Below are positions 41,201 through 55,094 of a stretch of 64,000 nt of DNA, piece after piece. Both the position numbers and the translations under genes were made by a program. The stretch is from assembly GCA_002269645.1 (NCBI GenBank), contig NIVC01000257.1:1-64000 (forward strand), written 5' to 3'. The notes beneath the pieces were generated by a model. The model was not told the DNA's origin. It made no database searches and worked only from the letters and a program-made list of their open reading frames with translations. Positions within the stretch are counted from its first letter, which is position 1. Each line of letters starts with the position of its first letter. Source of the DNA: Macrostomum lignano (lineage: Eukaryota).

Positions 41201-42295
41201 AGAATTGCTGCTAGGCAGATCGGGATCTGAGTAGCTCCTGGCAATGGAACCTGTTAAGGATAAAGTACATGTAAAGCCTTAAATGAATTCAAAAGAACCA
41301 TATGTACTTTAGATAATATAGATCATTGGCAAAAACTTACTATATAAATATGCTTCTATTGACTTTTTCTAGGCATATTTTTTAAAGTTTCATTTCAATT
41401 AAAGTCTTCTAAAGTAAGTAAGTTTGGCTTGATGCCAAATCTGACATTATTATTATTTGAAATAAATTTAATATGGACCCTTAAATATAGGTTCTTACTT
41501 TATAAAAAATTGCTTAATATCAAATCATTAAAAATTATTAAATAGACAGCTATATTTGTTTGAATGCTTTGCAATAACTTTTTCAAAACTATACAAAAGC
41601 TATATGTAAAATAGTATCATTTATTGTATAATAAGTACATCAAGTATATTTTTATTTTGTGCCTTGCAAAAACAGACTTAGCCTAATAGCATTCTAATTT
41701 CTATATATATATCCCAGTGTATATATATATATATAACTATATAACTGTAAGATAGCATTTTCATTTTTATAGGTATAGATTACATAAAATGATGTCCTAT
41801 ATTGTTATATTACAAATACTTGATACTTCAATTCATACACACACATATAGGGTACAGCTAAAAGGTACAGCTAAGAATAGACAACAATATATAGTATAGG
41901 TTCATTTTGTTATTCCTAGACTCACCCAGTTTTTTCTGTAGCTGTTGCTGCTGCTTCTGCTGCTTCTGACAGTTAAAATAGCTTTGGCTTTTTGTTTTAC
42001 ATTGCTGCTGATGTGGAAGCTGGCGGAAACAGTTCAAGGCTGGAGCAGCTTGCGTGTCAACTGCTGACATAGTCGTCTGCGACGGCAAGTCTGCGGCTAA
42101 GGCAGGCGTGTACCTGCCTAGGGCTACTCTAGAGAAAGCAAAGTAGTGCGCAAATGCCGCTAATCCCGGTTGTCGTATTCGGCCAATTGGCGTAGTAGAA
42201 CTGTATGGTCGTCTGTTTCCTTTGCTCTGCTGCTGCGACTGCTGCTGCTTGGTTGATCTCCTCTGCTTGGAGACGTGTAACAGTAGAGTGGTCAT
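38219..42295 (-). CDS. PPP1R3: Protein phosphatase 1 glycogen-targeting regulatory subunit (PPP1R3B/C-like; RVxF + CBM21); one -1 frameshift in exon 2
   Basis: Exons (minus) 42295-41926, 41250-40727, 39775-39477, 38485-38219. KKRVIFADDAGKPLQQVRVF (PP1 docking), GSVSVKNISFKKRVFVRVSFDQW and EFCVCF..WDSNLGANY (CBM21). Exon 2 is 524 nt (needs 525); adding one G to the G6 run (plus strand 40872-40877) restores the frame. Confidence 0.88.
38597..39460. repeat. 13-bp minisatellite (CAGATCCCAGTCT) with about 280-bp higher-order duplication, PPP1R3 intron 3
   Basis: CAGATCACAGACTTC variant at about 38793 and 39072. Confidence 0.95.
39836..40700. repeat. About 30-bp minisatellite (CCCAGTGAACAGCCTGAGGGAGGGAAACAG), PPP1R3 intron 2
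   Basis: About 28 copies. Confidence 0.95.
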
Positions 42296-43004
42296 TTCTT
42301 TATTGTTTTAGCCTAACGCTGGCCATGTGAATTATCGTAAGCCGTCTAGTAGTAGCTTACTATCGCTTAGTCTAAAAGGAGAGCTAGCTAGCTACCTAAC
42401 TAGTCGACTTGCAAGAATGAATGCGGGAACGAATAGAGGGCAGTTTTATAAACTGCAGTTTAGCTGTGCAGTTGTTGTCCAATCCGAGTGCGGCCTTCCC
42501 TCTAGTCTAGAAAAACCCTTGCCGTTCAGCCGGCAACCCCTCCCCCTCATTTTGGGCCGTCCTTGCCAATTTTTCAGCCCGGTATGTACGCTGCGTCTAT
42601 TTTTAGCCCGCGTGGACCTGGGACCAGCGGGGGGGAACAGTGTACATACGCGGCTATAGCGTACACTAACTAGCATACGAGTACAAAGGTATATCAAAAC
42701 AGGCTAAAAGCGGTTATGGGAACTGTCACAAGCCTTTATACCATCTCCGTTCTGCTTATGCCTATACCAAAAAATAAAAAACTACACAGAGAACAGGCGT
42801 GGACCCAGAAAATTGTGAACGGGGTGGCGCAGATTACAAGTTATCTTTGTTTTTGATTTTTTACCAAGGCGCGTCACCTCCGACACGTCCCCCCCCCAGT
42901 AAAAGCTATGGAGTGGACATGCTAATGCTTTGCCCCCCCCCACCCCACCTTGTGGCCCGTTGTGACAACAATATTTTTTCTTCAGAGCGCCAAAATATAG
43001 CGCC

Positions 43005-43260
43005 TTCGGCGCCAAAATGAGTGCCTGCGGCTCCAAAATGAGTGCCTGCGGTGCCATAATGAGTGCCTTTGGCGCCAAAATGAGTGCCTGCAGCGCTATA
43101 ATGAGTGCCTGCGGCGCTAAAACGAGTGCCTGCGGCGCCAAAATGAGTGCCTGCGGCGCCAATATGAGTGCCTGGGGCGCCAATATGAGTGCCTGCGGCG
43201 CTATAATGAGTGTCTGTGGCGCCAAAATGAGTGCCTGCTGCGCCGAAATGAGCGCTGACA
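43005..43260. repeat. 21-bp minisatellite (GCCTGCGGCGCCAAAATGAGT), about 12 copies
   Basis: Tandem units, several with GGCGCCAAAA. Confidence 0.92.
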
Positions 43261-44027
43261 ACACAATTCTCAAAATAATGGAAACGTAGGAATTTAGTCA
43301 TGTACATGTCTACATGCAAAATATGTTGAGTTCTTGGTAAAATATCAAAAATAAAATAAAATATCTAACTCGAACGCAAGGAACGCCCTTTGCGCGTCCC
43401 TAAATCCGCTACGGACAAAATAGTCAACAAACTAGCATTGGGATTTGTATTTTAGCAATCTCTGAGCAACGATTCTCATACTGCTTAAAAGTTATTTCGA
43501 ACTCACGACTCACGTCAATGAATAATTCAGTAACTTGATGTTTTGATGTTTACATAACCTTATGTAACTATAAGCTCCAAAGAAGTGCATCTGATAGAAG
43601 AAATTTAATTTCATGAGTCAAAAATTCCCATGTTTAGTTGTAACAGACTTTATCTCTTTCTTGCTTTAAGTTCAGATAGATTACTCCTACTAATACACAA
43701 ATGTCTGGCTTACACTGCCCACTGAGTCACGCTATCTCTGACACTTAAGAAGCTAAATACCCGTAAAAGTGGACGAAAGAATGATATGAAGCTTCGTTTG
43801 CCCGTAAACAAGTCTCTTCATGGTCTACAAAGTTTATTTTGTAACATATTTGAGCTGGCCAATTCCCTATATTGAAACATTCTTATGCTGTTACTGTAAG
43901 TAAAAACATAAGGTCATTTTAGACATAAACAACTGAAGCATAAAAACGCTAAAGTCACAAGCTACTCGAAAAAAAATTGTAAAAAAATAGAGTTTTTTTC
44001 GAGTCAGTCGAAAAATCGACTGACTGA

Positions 44028-44108
44028 CTGACTGACTGACTGACTGACTGACTGACTGACTGACTGACTGACTGACTGACTGACTGACTGACTGACTGAC
44101 TGACTGAC
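44028..44108. repeat. (GACT)n microsatellite
   Basis: About 20 perfect units. Confidence 0.97.
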
Positions 44109-44769
44109 CAAAGTCCTTAAATTAAAGCAGCAAGTATGGTACATTGCTCCAAGTTAATAAGAACGTCAAAAATAAATCTTTAAAAAAGAAAAGAAAAGAT
44201 AATATTTGCTCAAGGACGTGCTCGTGCCAACGCTATATTACGTAATCCTTTCCACTCCCGATGCCCGAGTGATGTGAGGGGCTGATAGATAGAGATAAGG
44301 AAGAGACAACCCTGTTTTTATCTAGGAAAAGGCCTGCCGCCCACTCCCGTATGGCAATTACTAGCTGAGCAAATTACCACTGGGCCCCACAGCACTGCGT
44401 ATGCAGATCTGGTTCGGCAGCTGCAGATTCGATCCCAGCCTGCGGTCCAGCTGCCCGCAGTCGCTCCTCCCACTTAGCTACCTTATCCTGCGCTCCACAT
44501 CCACTACACTATTATTGCATCACAGAGGCCTTCCCATCTTTCCGTTCTCAGAGACCAGCCACTCCCTCCTTCCCAGGGATGCGTGAGAAGTAACGCCCCC
44601 ATCCCGCGTCCCTCTTCTACGTTACAGCTTCCGCTGCGCATCCTCATATATATATATATGACTCGGGGTTGAAACGAGTCAAGTGATACTCTCTGCTGTC
44701 ATCCGGTCAGAGGATTGTAAATCATTTTCATCCACCAGCTGGACGACCTCTAGCGAGCAGAGGATGAAA

Positions 44770-45240
44770 TGGTGACCGCTGTCAGTGAGCAGATCGGTTA
44801 AATGGTGACCGCTGTCAGTGAGCAGATCGGTTAAATGGTGACCGCTATCAGTGAGCAGATCGGTTGAATGGTGACCGCTGTCAGTGAGCAGATCGGTTAA
44901 ATGGTGACCGCTGTCAGTGAGCAGATCGGTTAAATGGTGACCGCTGTCAGTAAACAGATCGGTTAAATGGTGACCGCTATCAGTGAGCAGATCGGTTAAA
45001 TGGTGACCGCTGTCAGTGAGCAGATCGGTTAAATGGTGACCGCTGTCAGTGAGCAGATCGGTTAAATGGTGACCGCTGTCAGTGAGCAGATCGGTTGAAT
45101 GGTGACCGCTGTCAGTGAGCAGATCGGTTAAATGGTGACCGCTGTCAGTGAGCAGATCGGTTAAATGGTGACCGCTGTCAGTGAGCAGATGAAATGGTGA
45201 CCGCTGTCAGTGAGCAGATGAAATGGTGACCGCTGTCAGT
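44770..45240. repeat. 33-bp minisatellite (GTGACCGCTGTCAGTGAGCAGATCGGTTAAATG)
   Basis: About 14 copies. Confidence 0.96.
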
Positions 45241-45597
45241 GGGGCATAAGGTCCAAGGTTACCCCATTAAAAATGCATGACACCATTTCTTTTCAATGGA
45301 CACAACATCCGAAAAAAAAATGGAGGCAAGACTTGCACTCGCTTTGCTGTTGCGTAACATCTGACAGCTTTTTGACCACGCATTGTCAGCAGGCCTGTCA
45401 GTCAATGCCCGCCTGCATTGGCCCCATTGTGGTGCGTCGAAGCAGGTGACGAAACCGTGGCTTCACCGATTCAAAACTCGTGTCTCACCTGTCTCGCTTA
45501 CCTGACTGAGCGAACACCTGGGCCGGCTTTTTAATCTCCGGTAGTCAATTTGTCGCTTGACAGTAGCGAGTCACGCACGGGCTGGATAAAGTAGAAT

Positions 45598-46905
45598 CTT
45601 TACAAACTATAGAATCTTCACAAACTATAGAATCTTCACAAACTATAGAATCTTCACAAACTATAGAATCTTCACAAACTATAGAATCTTCACAAACTAT
45701 AGAATCTTCACAAACTAAACTATAGAGCATTCACTAACTATAGAGTATTCACAAACTATAGAGTATTCACGAACTATAGAGTATTCACAAACTATAGAGT
45801 ATTCACAAACTATAGAGTATTCACAAACTATAGAGCATTCACAAACTATAGAGTATTCACAAACTATAGAGTATTCACAAACTATAGAGTATTCACAAAC
45901 TATAGAGTATTCACAAACTATAGAGTATTCACAAACTATAGAGTATTCACAAACTATAGAGTATTCACAAACTATAGAGTATTCACAAACTATAGAGTAT
46001 TCACAAACTATAGAGTATTCACGAACTATAGAGTATTCACAAACTATAGAGTATTCACAAACTATAGAGTATTCACGAACTATAGAGTATTCACAAACTA
46101 TAGAGTATTCACAAACTATAGAGTATTCACAAACTATAGAGTATTCACAAACTATAGAGTATTCACAAACTATAGAGTATTCACAAACTATAGAGTATTC
46201 ACGAACTATAGAGTATTCACAAACTATAGAGTATTCACGAACTATAGAGCATTCACTAACTATAGAGTATTCACAAACTATAGAGTATTCACAAACTATA
46301 GAGTATTCACGAACTATAGAGCATTCACTAACTATAGAGTATTCACGAACTATACAGTATTCACAAACTATAGAATATTCACTAACTATAGAGTATTCAC
46401 AAACTATAGAGTATTCACGAACTATAGAGTATTCACAAACTATAGAGTATTCACGAACTATAGAGTATTCACAAACTATAGAGTATTCACAAACTATAGA
46501 GTATTCACAAACTATAGAGCATTCACAAACTATAGAGTATTCACAAACTATAGAGTATTCACAAACTATAGAGTATTCACAAACTATAGAGTATTCACAA
46601 ACTATAGAGTATTCACAAACTATAGAGTATTCACAAACTATAGAGTATTCACAAACTATAGAGTATTCACAAACTATAGAGTATTCACAAACTATAGAGT
46701 ATTCACGAACTATAGAGTATTCACAAACTATAGAGTATTCACAAACTATAGAGTATTCACGAACTATAGAGTATTCACAAACTATAGAGTATTCACAAAC
46801 TATAGAGTATTCACAAACTATAGAGTATTCACAAACTATAGAGCATTCACTAACTATAGAGTATTCACAAACTATAGAGTATTCACGAACTATAGAGTAT
46901 TCATA
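45598..46905. repeat. 18-bp minisatellite (TTCACAAACTATAGAGTA), about 72 copies
   Basis: Tandem units. Confidence 0.97.
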
Positions 46906-47344
46906 TCAATTTAAACCCCGAGCTTTGGCAACCGAAGTCATTCGGCACCTTTGGTCAGCGGCTGCATGATAACTGCATGGGGTGTCCGGTTTTCACATCT
47001 GGTTTTGCGCAATCAACTTTCTCTTCCATCCTCTGGCCTCTGCTTCTAATAGCAGCAGACACAAAGTCTTAGTGGCCAAAAAGTGGTAAATTTTCTAATG
47101 TGTCTGGCAGGGTCATTGGGAATGCGCAGTTTTTTATGGCCAGTGCGGCTTCTTTGGATCGCGGCAACTTTGCAGCCCGACCGCCGCGCCCCTCTGCATT
47201 TGCGAAGCAGAACTGATGGGTCACCACTTTTATTTTGCATCGCGTCTCTCCCCTACTGCTGTGAGATCTGGATTTACCATCTACTAGGATTCTCGCACAA
47301 TTTTGTACTATCATTCATTATTCTGTTCTCAGTACTCTATTCTC

Positions 47345-48430
47345 GTCTGTTCTCACCTGCCCTCACCTGTTCTCACCTGTTCTCAGTGTTTCTCACCTGT
47401 TTCTCACCTATTTCTCACCTGTTTCTCACCTGTTTCTCACCTGTTTCTCACCTGTTTCTCACCTGTTTCTCACCTGTTTTCACATGTTCTTACCTGTTTC
47501 TCACCTGTTTCTCACCTGTTTCTCACCTATTTCTCACCTGTTTCTCACCTGTTTCTCACCTGTTTCTCACCTGTTTCTCACCTGTTTCTCACCTGTTTTC
47601 ACATGTTCTCACATGTTCTCACCTGTTCTCGCCTGTTCTCACCTGTTCTCACATGTTCTCACTTGTTCTCACCTGTTCTCACCTGTTTCTCACCTGTTTC
47701 TCACCTGTTTCTCACCTGTTTCTCACCTGTTTCTCACCTGTTTCTCACCTGTTTCTCACCTATTTCTCACCTGTTTATCACCTGTTTCTAACCTGTTTCT
47801 CACCTGTTTCTCACCTGTTTCTCACCTGTTTCTCACCTGTTTCTCACCTGTTTCTCACCTGTTTCTCACCTGTTTCTCACCTGTTTCTCACCTGTTTCTC
47901 ACCTGTTTCTCACCTGTTTCTCACCTGTTTCTCACCTGTTTCTCACCTGTTTTCACATGTTCTTACCTGTTTCTCACCTGTTTCTCACCTGTTTCTCACC
48001 TATTTCTCACCTGTTTCTCACCTGTTTCTCACCTGTTTCTCACCTGTTTCTCACCTGTTTCTCACCTGTTTCTCACCTGTTTCTCACCTGTTTTCACATG
48101 TTCTCACATGTTCTCACCTGTTCTCGCCTGTTCTCACCTGTTCTCACATGTTCTCACTTGTTCTCACCTGTTCTCACCTGTTTCTCACCTGTTCTCACCT
48201 GTTTCTCACCTGTTCTCACCTGTTTTCACCTGTTTCTCACCTGTTTCTCACCTGTTTCTCACCTGTTTCTCACCTGTTTCTCACCTGTTTTCACATGTTC
48301 TTACCTGTTTCTCACCTGTTTCTCACCTGTTTCTCACCTATTTCTCACCTGTTTCTCACCTGTTCTCACATGTTCTCACATGTTCTCACCTGCCCTCACC
48401 TGTTCTCACCTGTTTCTCATATGTTCTCAT
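47345..48430. repeat. 10-11-bp minisatellite (TTTCTCACCTG), about 95 copies
   Basis: Tandem units with about 470-490-bp higher-order repetition. Confidence 0.97.
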
Positions 48431-49074
48431 CTGTTTTCAGTGACTCCCGTTCTGAAGCCAATTTCATGTGAGTTATGCACAGCTGTCAAATTTAGTTAAT
48501 TAAAAACATTAGCAAAAAGTATGAACTTAGGAAACACAAGAGTAGGCTGTTAAGCTGCTTTTTATTTCGCTCAAGCAAAACCTTTGCATATTCCTGGTTC
48601 TCTCTAGCACCCCTCTACAAAAAGCCGCCTTTCAACTCTGCCAATTTAAGTCCTCTTCCGGGTGGCTTGCTGCTTTTGCGGGCAGACTTTGCGTGCGACT
48701 CGCCCCTCCCCCATCAGGACCGACCAACGCTTTATCAGCATCACCCAGTAAAAAAGGTTTGCGCTGTCAAAATCAACAGCAGAGTGCAGAGGCAGGTTAA
48801 AAAAGCAAGTGCGGACTGGGCTGGCTTTAAACTAAGAAACAGAAGGGCATTGTTTCTGCTCAAACAATAGAGTGCTTAAGCTGCAGCAGAGAATGAGGAG
48901 CTTCCGCTTTGCAACTGCCTCGGCACAGATGCTCTCAGACTGGCTTCTACGAGCGTTGCTGCTGATGCACTTTTCTGGCCGTCTCTTCCGTTCTTTCGCA
49001 AAGAGCAAAAGACTTTGACAATATTTGTCACATTGACCTGGATTGCACTCCGCTTTCGCTCTGCAACTCAATCT

Positions 49075-50465
49075 GCTCTCTGTCTCTCTACTCCTCTATG
49101 CATCTCTCTACTTCTCTATGCATCTCTCTACTTCTCTATGCATCTCTCTACTTCCTTACCCGTCTCTCTACTCCTCTATCCATCTCTCTACTTCCTTACC
49201 CGTCTTTCTACTCCTCTATCCGTCTCTCTACTCCTCCATCCCTCTCTCTACTCCTCCATCCCTCTCTCTACTCCTCTATCCGTCTCTCTACTCCTCCATC
49301 CCTCTCTCTGCTTCTCTATCCATCTCTCTACTTCTCTATCCATCTCTCTACTTCTCTATCCATCTCTCTACTTCTCTATCCATCTCTCTACTTCTCTATC
49401 CATCTCTCTACTTCTCTATCCATCTCTCTACTTCTCTATCCATCTCTCTACTTCTCTATCCATCTCTCTACTTCTCTATCCATCTCTCTACTTCTCTATC
49501 CATCTCTCTACTTCTCTATCCTTCTCTCTACTTCTCTATCCATCTCTCTACTTCTCTATCCATCTCTCTACTTCTCTATCCTTCTCTCTACTCCTCTGTT
49601 CATCTCTCTATTTCTCTATCCATCTCTCTACTTCTCTATCCATCTCTCTACTTCTCTATCCATCTCTCTGCTCCTCTATCAATCTCTCTACTTCTCTATC
49701 CATCTCTCTACTCCTCTATCCGTCTCTCTACTCCTCCATCCCTCTCTCTGCTTCTCTATCCATCTCTCTACTTCTCTATCCATCTCTCTACTTCTCTATC
49801 CTTCTCTCTACTCCTCTGTTCATCTCTCTATTTCTCTATCCATCTCTCTACTTCTCTATCCATCTCTCTACTTCTCTATCCATCTCTCTGCTCCTCTATC
49901 AATCTCTCTACTTCTCTATCCATCTCTCTACTTCTCTATCCTTTTCTCTACTTCTCTATCCATCTCTCTACTTCTCTATCCATCTCTCTGCTCCTCTATC
50001 CATCTCTCTACTTCTCTATCCTTCTCTCTACTCCTCTGTTCATCTCTCTATTTCTCTATCCATCTCTCTACTTCTCTATCCATCTCTCTACTTCTCTATC
50101 CATCTCTCTGCTCCTCTATCCATCTCTCTACTTCTCTATCCTTCTCTCTACTCCTCTGTTCATCTCTCTATTTCTCTATCCATCTCTCTACTTCTCTATC
50201 CATCTCTCTACTTCTCTATCCTTCTCTCTACTTCTCTATCCTTCTCTCTACTCCTCTGTTCATCTCTCTATTTCTCTATCCATCTCTCTACTTCTCTATC
50301 CATCTCTCTACTTCTCTATCCTTCTCTCTACTTCTCTATCCTTCTCTCTACTCCTCTGTTCATCTCTCTATTTCTCTATCCATCTCTCTACTTCTCTATC
50401 CACCTCTCTACTTCTCTATCCATCTCTCTACTTCTCTATCCATCTCTCTGCTCCTTTATCCGTCT
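49075..50465. repeat. 20-bp pyrimidine-rich minisatellite (CATCTCTCTACTTCTCTATC)
   Basis: About 70 copies. Confidence 0.97.
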
Positions 50466-51044
50466 CTCTAGAACCACAAGAATGCCACGCGAGCTCACTA
50501 TTCTGTCTATTTATGTCTGTATAAAAAATAAATTTCAGATCAATGAACCAATATGCACTTTCTCTAGCTCGTTTCGGATTTCCCAATCGGTGACTTTGGA
50601 AAAATCTGGGAATTCGTTTAGTCGGTAGTAAAGAATAGGGGACCCGGTACCACTGAATTGGACTGGAGTGGCTCTGTGGGCTCCAGTGAGCAGGCTCTGA
50701 TTGATGGCAGTGGATTGTCAACAGTAATTATTAATTAAAAGGGGGGGGCCCTGCCAATCAGCACCCGCCTCTTTGGAGTAAAATATTCCTGAGTCAAGGA
50801 GGGAGGAGTCAATTATCTCACTTTTTCATTCTGACAATAGGTGGGTAGCGCTGTGGACAGGAAGCATCCATAACTTATGGGGGGGGACAAATGCAGTACT
50901 TCTGTGTGCAGATTTCAGATTTACTCAATCGCTGATCCTCTTCTATTAGTACTCGGCTCAGTGTCCATTCTAGTTGGTGCATGGCTGAACTGCAAGTACA
51001 GCTCACTAGAGTAGATCTCGACTGACTCTCAGCTGTCGAGTGTA

Positions 51045-52790
51045 CGAGGAACAGGGGAGACTAGGAGAGGAACATGAGAGATTAAGAGAGGAACAGGGAA
51101 GATTAAGAGAGGAACAGGGGAGACTAAGAGAGGAACAGGGGAGACTAGGAGAGAAACAGGGGAGACTAGGATAGGAACAGGGGGGACTAGGAGAGGAACA
51201 GGGGAGACTAGGAGAGGAACAGGGGAGACTAGGATAGGAACAGGGTAGACTAAGAGAGGAACAGGGGAGACTAAGAGAGGAACAGGGGAGACTAAGAGAG
51301 GAACAGGGGAGACTAGGAGAGGAACAGGGGAGACTAGGAGAGGAACAGGGGAAACTAGGAGAGGAACAGGGGAGACTAGGAGAGGAACAGGGGAGACTAG
51401 GAGAGGAACAGGGGAGACTAAGAGAGGAACAGGGGAAACTAGGAGAGGAACAGGGGAGACTAGGAGAGGAACAGGGGAAACTAGGAGAGGAACAGGGGAG
51501 ACTAAGAGAGGAACAGGGGAAACTAGGAGAGGAACAGGGGAGACTAGGAGAGGAACAGGGGAGACTAGGAGAGGAACAGGGGAGACTAGGAGAGGAACAG
51601 GTGAGACTAGGATAGGAACAGGGGAGACTAAGAGAGGAACAGGGGAGACTAGGAGAGGAATAGGGGAGACTAGGAGAGGAACAGGGGAGACTAGGATAGG
51701 AACAGGGGAGACTAGGAGAGGAACAGGGGAGACTAGGAGACGAACAGGGGAGACTAGGAGAGGAACAGGGGAGACTAGGAGAGGAACAGGGGAGACTAAG
51801 AGAGGAACAGGGGAGACTAAGAGAGGAACAGGGGAGACTAGGAGAGGAACAGGGGAGACTAGGAGAGGAACAGGGGAGACTAGGATAGGAACAGGGGAGA
51901 CTAAGAGAGGAACAGGTGAGACTAGGATAGGAACAGGGGAGACTAGGATAGGAACAGGGGAGACTAAGAGAGGAACAGGGGAGACTAGGAGAGGAACAGG
52001 GGAGACTAGGAGAGGAACAGGGGAGACTAGGAGAGGAACAGGGGAGACTAGGAGAGGAACAGGGGAGACTAAGAGAGGAACAGGGGAGACTAGGAGAGGA
52101 ACATGAGAGATTAAGAGTTGAACAGGGGAGACTAAGAGAGGAACAGGGGAGACTAGGAGAGGAACATGAGAGATTAAGAGAGGAACAGGGGAAACTAGGA
52201 GAGGAACTTGAGAGATTAAGAGAGGAACAGGGGAGACTAAGAGAGGAACAGGGGAGACTAGGATAGGAACAGGGGAGACTAAGAGAGGAACAGGGGATAC
52301 AAGGAGAGGAACAGGGGAGACTAAGAGAGGAACAGGGGAGACTAGGAGAGGAACAGGGGAAACTAGGAGAGGAACATGAGAGATTAAGAGAGGAACAGGG
52401 GAGACTAGGAGAGGAACATGAGAGATTAAGAGAGGAACAGGGGAGACTAAGAGAGGAACAGGGGAGACTAGGAGAGGAACATGAGAGATTAAGAGAGGAA
52501 CAGGGGAGACTAAGAGAGGAACAGGGGAGACTAGGATAGGAACAGGGGAGACTAAGAGAGGAACAGGGGAGACTAGGAGAGGAACAGGGGAGACTAAGAG
52601 AGGAACAGGGGAGACTAAGAGAGGAACAGGGGAGACTAGGAGAGGAACAGGGGAGACTAAGAGAGGAACAGGGGAGACTAGGAGAGGAACAGGGGAGACT
52701 AGGAGAGGAACAGGGGAGACTAGCAGAGGAACAGGGGAGACTAGCAGAGGAACAGGGGAGACTAGGAGAGGAACAGGGGAGACTAAGGCA
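51045..52790. repeat. 21-bp purine-rich minisatellite (GAGGAACAGGGGAGACTAGGA)
   Basis: About 83 copies. Confidence 0.97.
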
Positions 52791-53694
52791 GGAACACCCG
52801 TCAAGCCTTACAGGCATCACAGAGAGACAGCAGCAGCCGGTTGCGCCCCAGAGAAATATCTGTATTATCCTCCCCAGGGTCAGTGCAAGCCTCCCGGCAG
52901 AGATTGGTTAATTGAGTCACAGCAGCAGCAGAAGCAGCAGCAAGCCGCAACAATTGGCACTCGGAGCCGATAAGCCGCGTCTGCAGGAATTTCTGCTCGC
53001 CCGCCAGCTTCCTGTTGCGCAATCGAGGTCGCCGCGGACATTCCATCGCATTCTCCGGACAGAAATGGCCGAAAATTGCATGACTGGAAAGCAGGCAAAC
53101 TATTTGGTTGGGCCTGCAAACTTACAAGTTAATAAGCCGCTTTGATATACAACTCGAGGGCACCATCTTCGCCGAAGTCAACGTGCCTCTTCTCCAACAC
53201 TGGCTCTCTCTCTCTTTTTCTCCATCTCGATTTTCCGTTTCTATCTGCTTTGCCTCATCCGCCTCGGTCCAGATGCTGTGTGTGTGGGAAACTCCGCAGC
53301 TCGCGGCGCCCTTGGCGACAGGCGGGGCAGAAGATTGCGGAGGGAGATTCGCACATCTGCCAGATATCCCGTCCGGGACTCGCTAAGGCGAGAAAGTGGG
53401 AATGTTTCACTAAAAACATTACGTAATAACTCTTGTTGCCACATGCACCATTTAAACGGATTTTGGCCTCGGGGCCGGGGGGGCATCTTGGGGATGGTTT
53501 TGGTGCTATCGTGTTGGCCGACTAGGGATTCACACAGCTGAGAGGCGTGAGGGTGAACAGCCGGATAAAAGTTTTGCGGGAAAACCTTTTATGCTGCATT
53601 TTTACCATCGGCTGGTGTGTTTGCTATCTGCTACAAAATCGATTTGAATCGAAAAGATTTATTTGGATTAGGGTCAACGTTGGTTAGGGTAGGA

Positions 53695-54550
53695 TGGAGT
53701 AGGTCAGAGTAGGTCAGAGTGGGGTAGAGTAGGTCAGAGTGGGGTAGAGTAGGCCAGAGTAGGCCAGAGTAGGCCAGAGTAGGCCAGAGTAGGCCAGAGT
53801 AGGCCAGAGTAGGCCAGAGTAGGCCAGAGTAGGCCAGAGTAGGCCAGAGTAGGCCAGAGTAGGCCAGAGTAGGCCAGAGTAGGCCAGAGTAGGCCAGAGT
53901 AGGCCAGAGTAGGCCAGAGTAGGCCAGAGTAGGCCAGAGTAGGCCAGAGTAGGCCAGAGTAGGCCAGAGTAGGCCAGAGTAGGCCAGAGTAGGCCAGAGT
54001 AGGCCAGAGTAGGCCAGAGTAGGCCAGAGTAGGCCAGAGTAGGCCAGAGTAGGCCAGAGTAGGCCAGAGTAGGCCAGAGTAGGCCAGAGTAGGCCAGAGT
54101 AGGCCAGAGTAGGCCAGAGTAGGCCAGAGTAGGCCAGAGTAGGCCAGAGTAGGCCAGAGTAGGCCAGAGTAGGCCAGAGTAGGCCAGAGTAGGCCAGAGT
54201 AGGCCAGAGTAGGCCAGAGTAGGCCAGAGTAGGCCAGAGTAGGCCAGAGTAGGCCAGAGTAGGCCAGAGTAGGCCAGAGTAGGCCAGAGTAGGCCAGAGT
54301 AGGCCAGAGTAGGCCAGAGTAGGCCAGAGTAGGCCAGAGTAGGCCAGAGTAGGCCAGAGTAGGCCAGAGTAGGCCAGAGTAGGCCAGAGTAGGCCAGAGT
54401 AGGCCAGAGTAGGCCAGAGTAGGCCAGAGTAGGCCAGAGTAGGCCAGAGTAGGCCAGAGTAGGCCAGAGTAGGCCAGAGTAGGCCAGAGTAGGTCAGAGT
54501 GGGTCAGAGTGGGTCAGAATAGGTCAGAGTAGGGTAGAGTAGGGCAGAGT
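53695..54550. repeat. 10-bp minisatellite (AGGCCAGAGT), perfect core with AGGTCA-type variants at both edges
   Basis: About 85 copies. Confidence 0.98.
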
Positions 54551-55094
54551 GGATCAACGCAAATCTGAGTAGATTGTGTGCACCTGTTCTCCTTTTCGGA
54601 GTAGGAGCACAAGCAAGCTGCTCCTAGAAGAGATTCAGTAGAATTTTGACAGCAGAAGAAGAGTCTTTTGGTTGCGTGTTTTTGTCTCTCATCCCACCTT
54701 TTTAAAACGCGGTTGTTCTCAGCAGAGCTCCGCTCACCTGCCTGTTTGCTAAAAAATGGCAGACTTTGTCATTTCAACTAACCAGAAAATTCTTGCTTCA
54801 ACTTTGCTTTCTAGACAAACGTTTTTTCTCGCCCCAAGATTTTATATTTAAAGAGAATTCAAAAGCTTTGGGGAGAATTCGCTGCACAATACACTACTGG
54901 CTTTTAAAGCAGCTCATTCACACAGACTTTGAGCATGTTCAAACATATTGAGCCACTTCATTCTCCACGGTGACTCACTTTCACAACATCCAGCCAGAGT
55001 CCAATGTGATTTATAACCCAAAGTTGCTCAGCTTGGGTGGCACTGGATTACCGCTTGGCCTTATTAGCATAATTTTAAAGCGATTAGACAAAGA

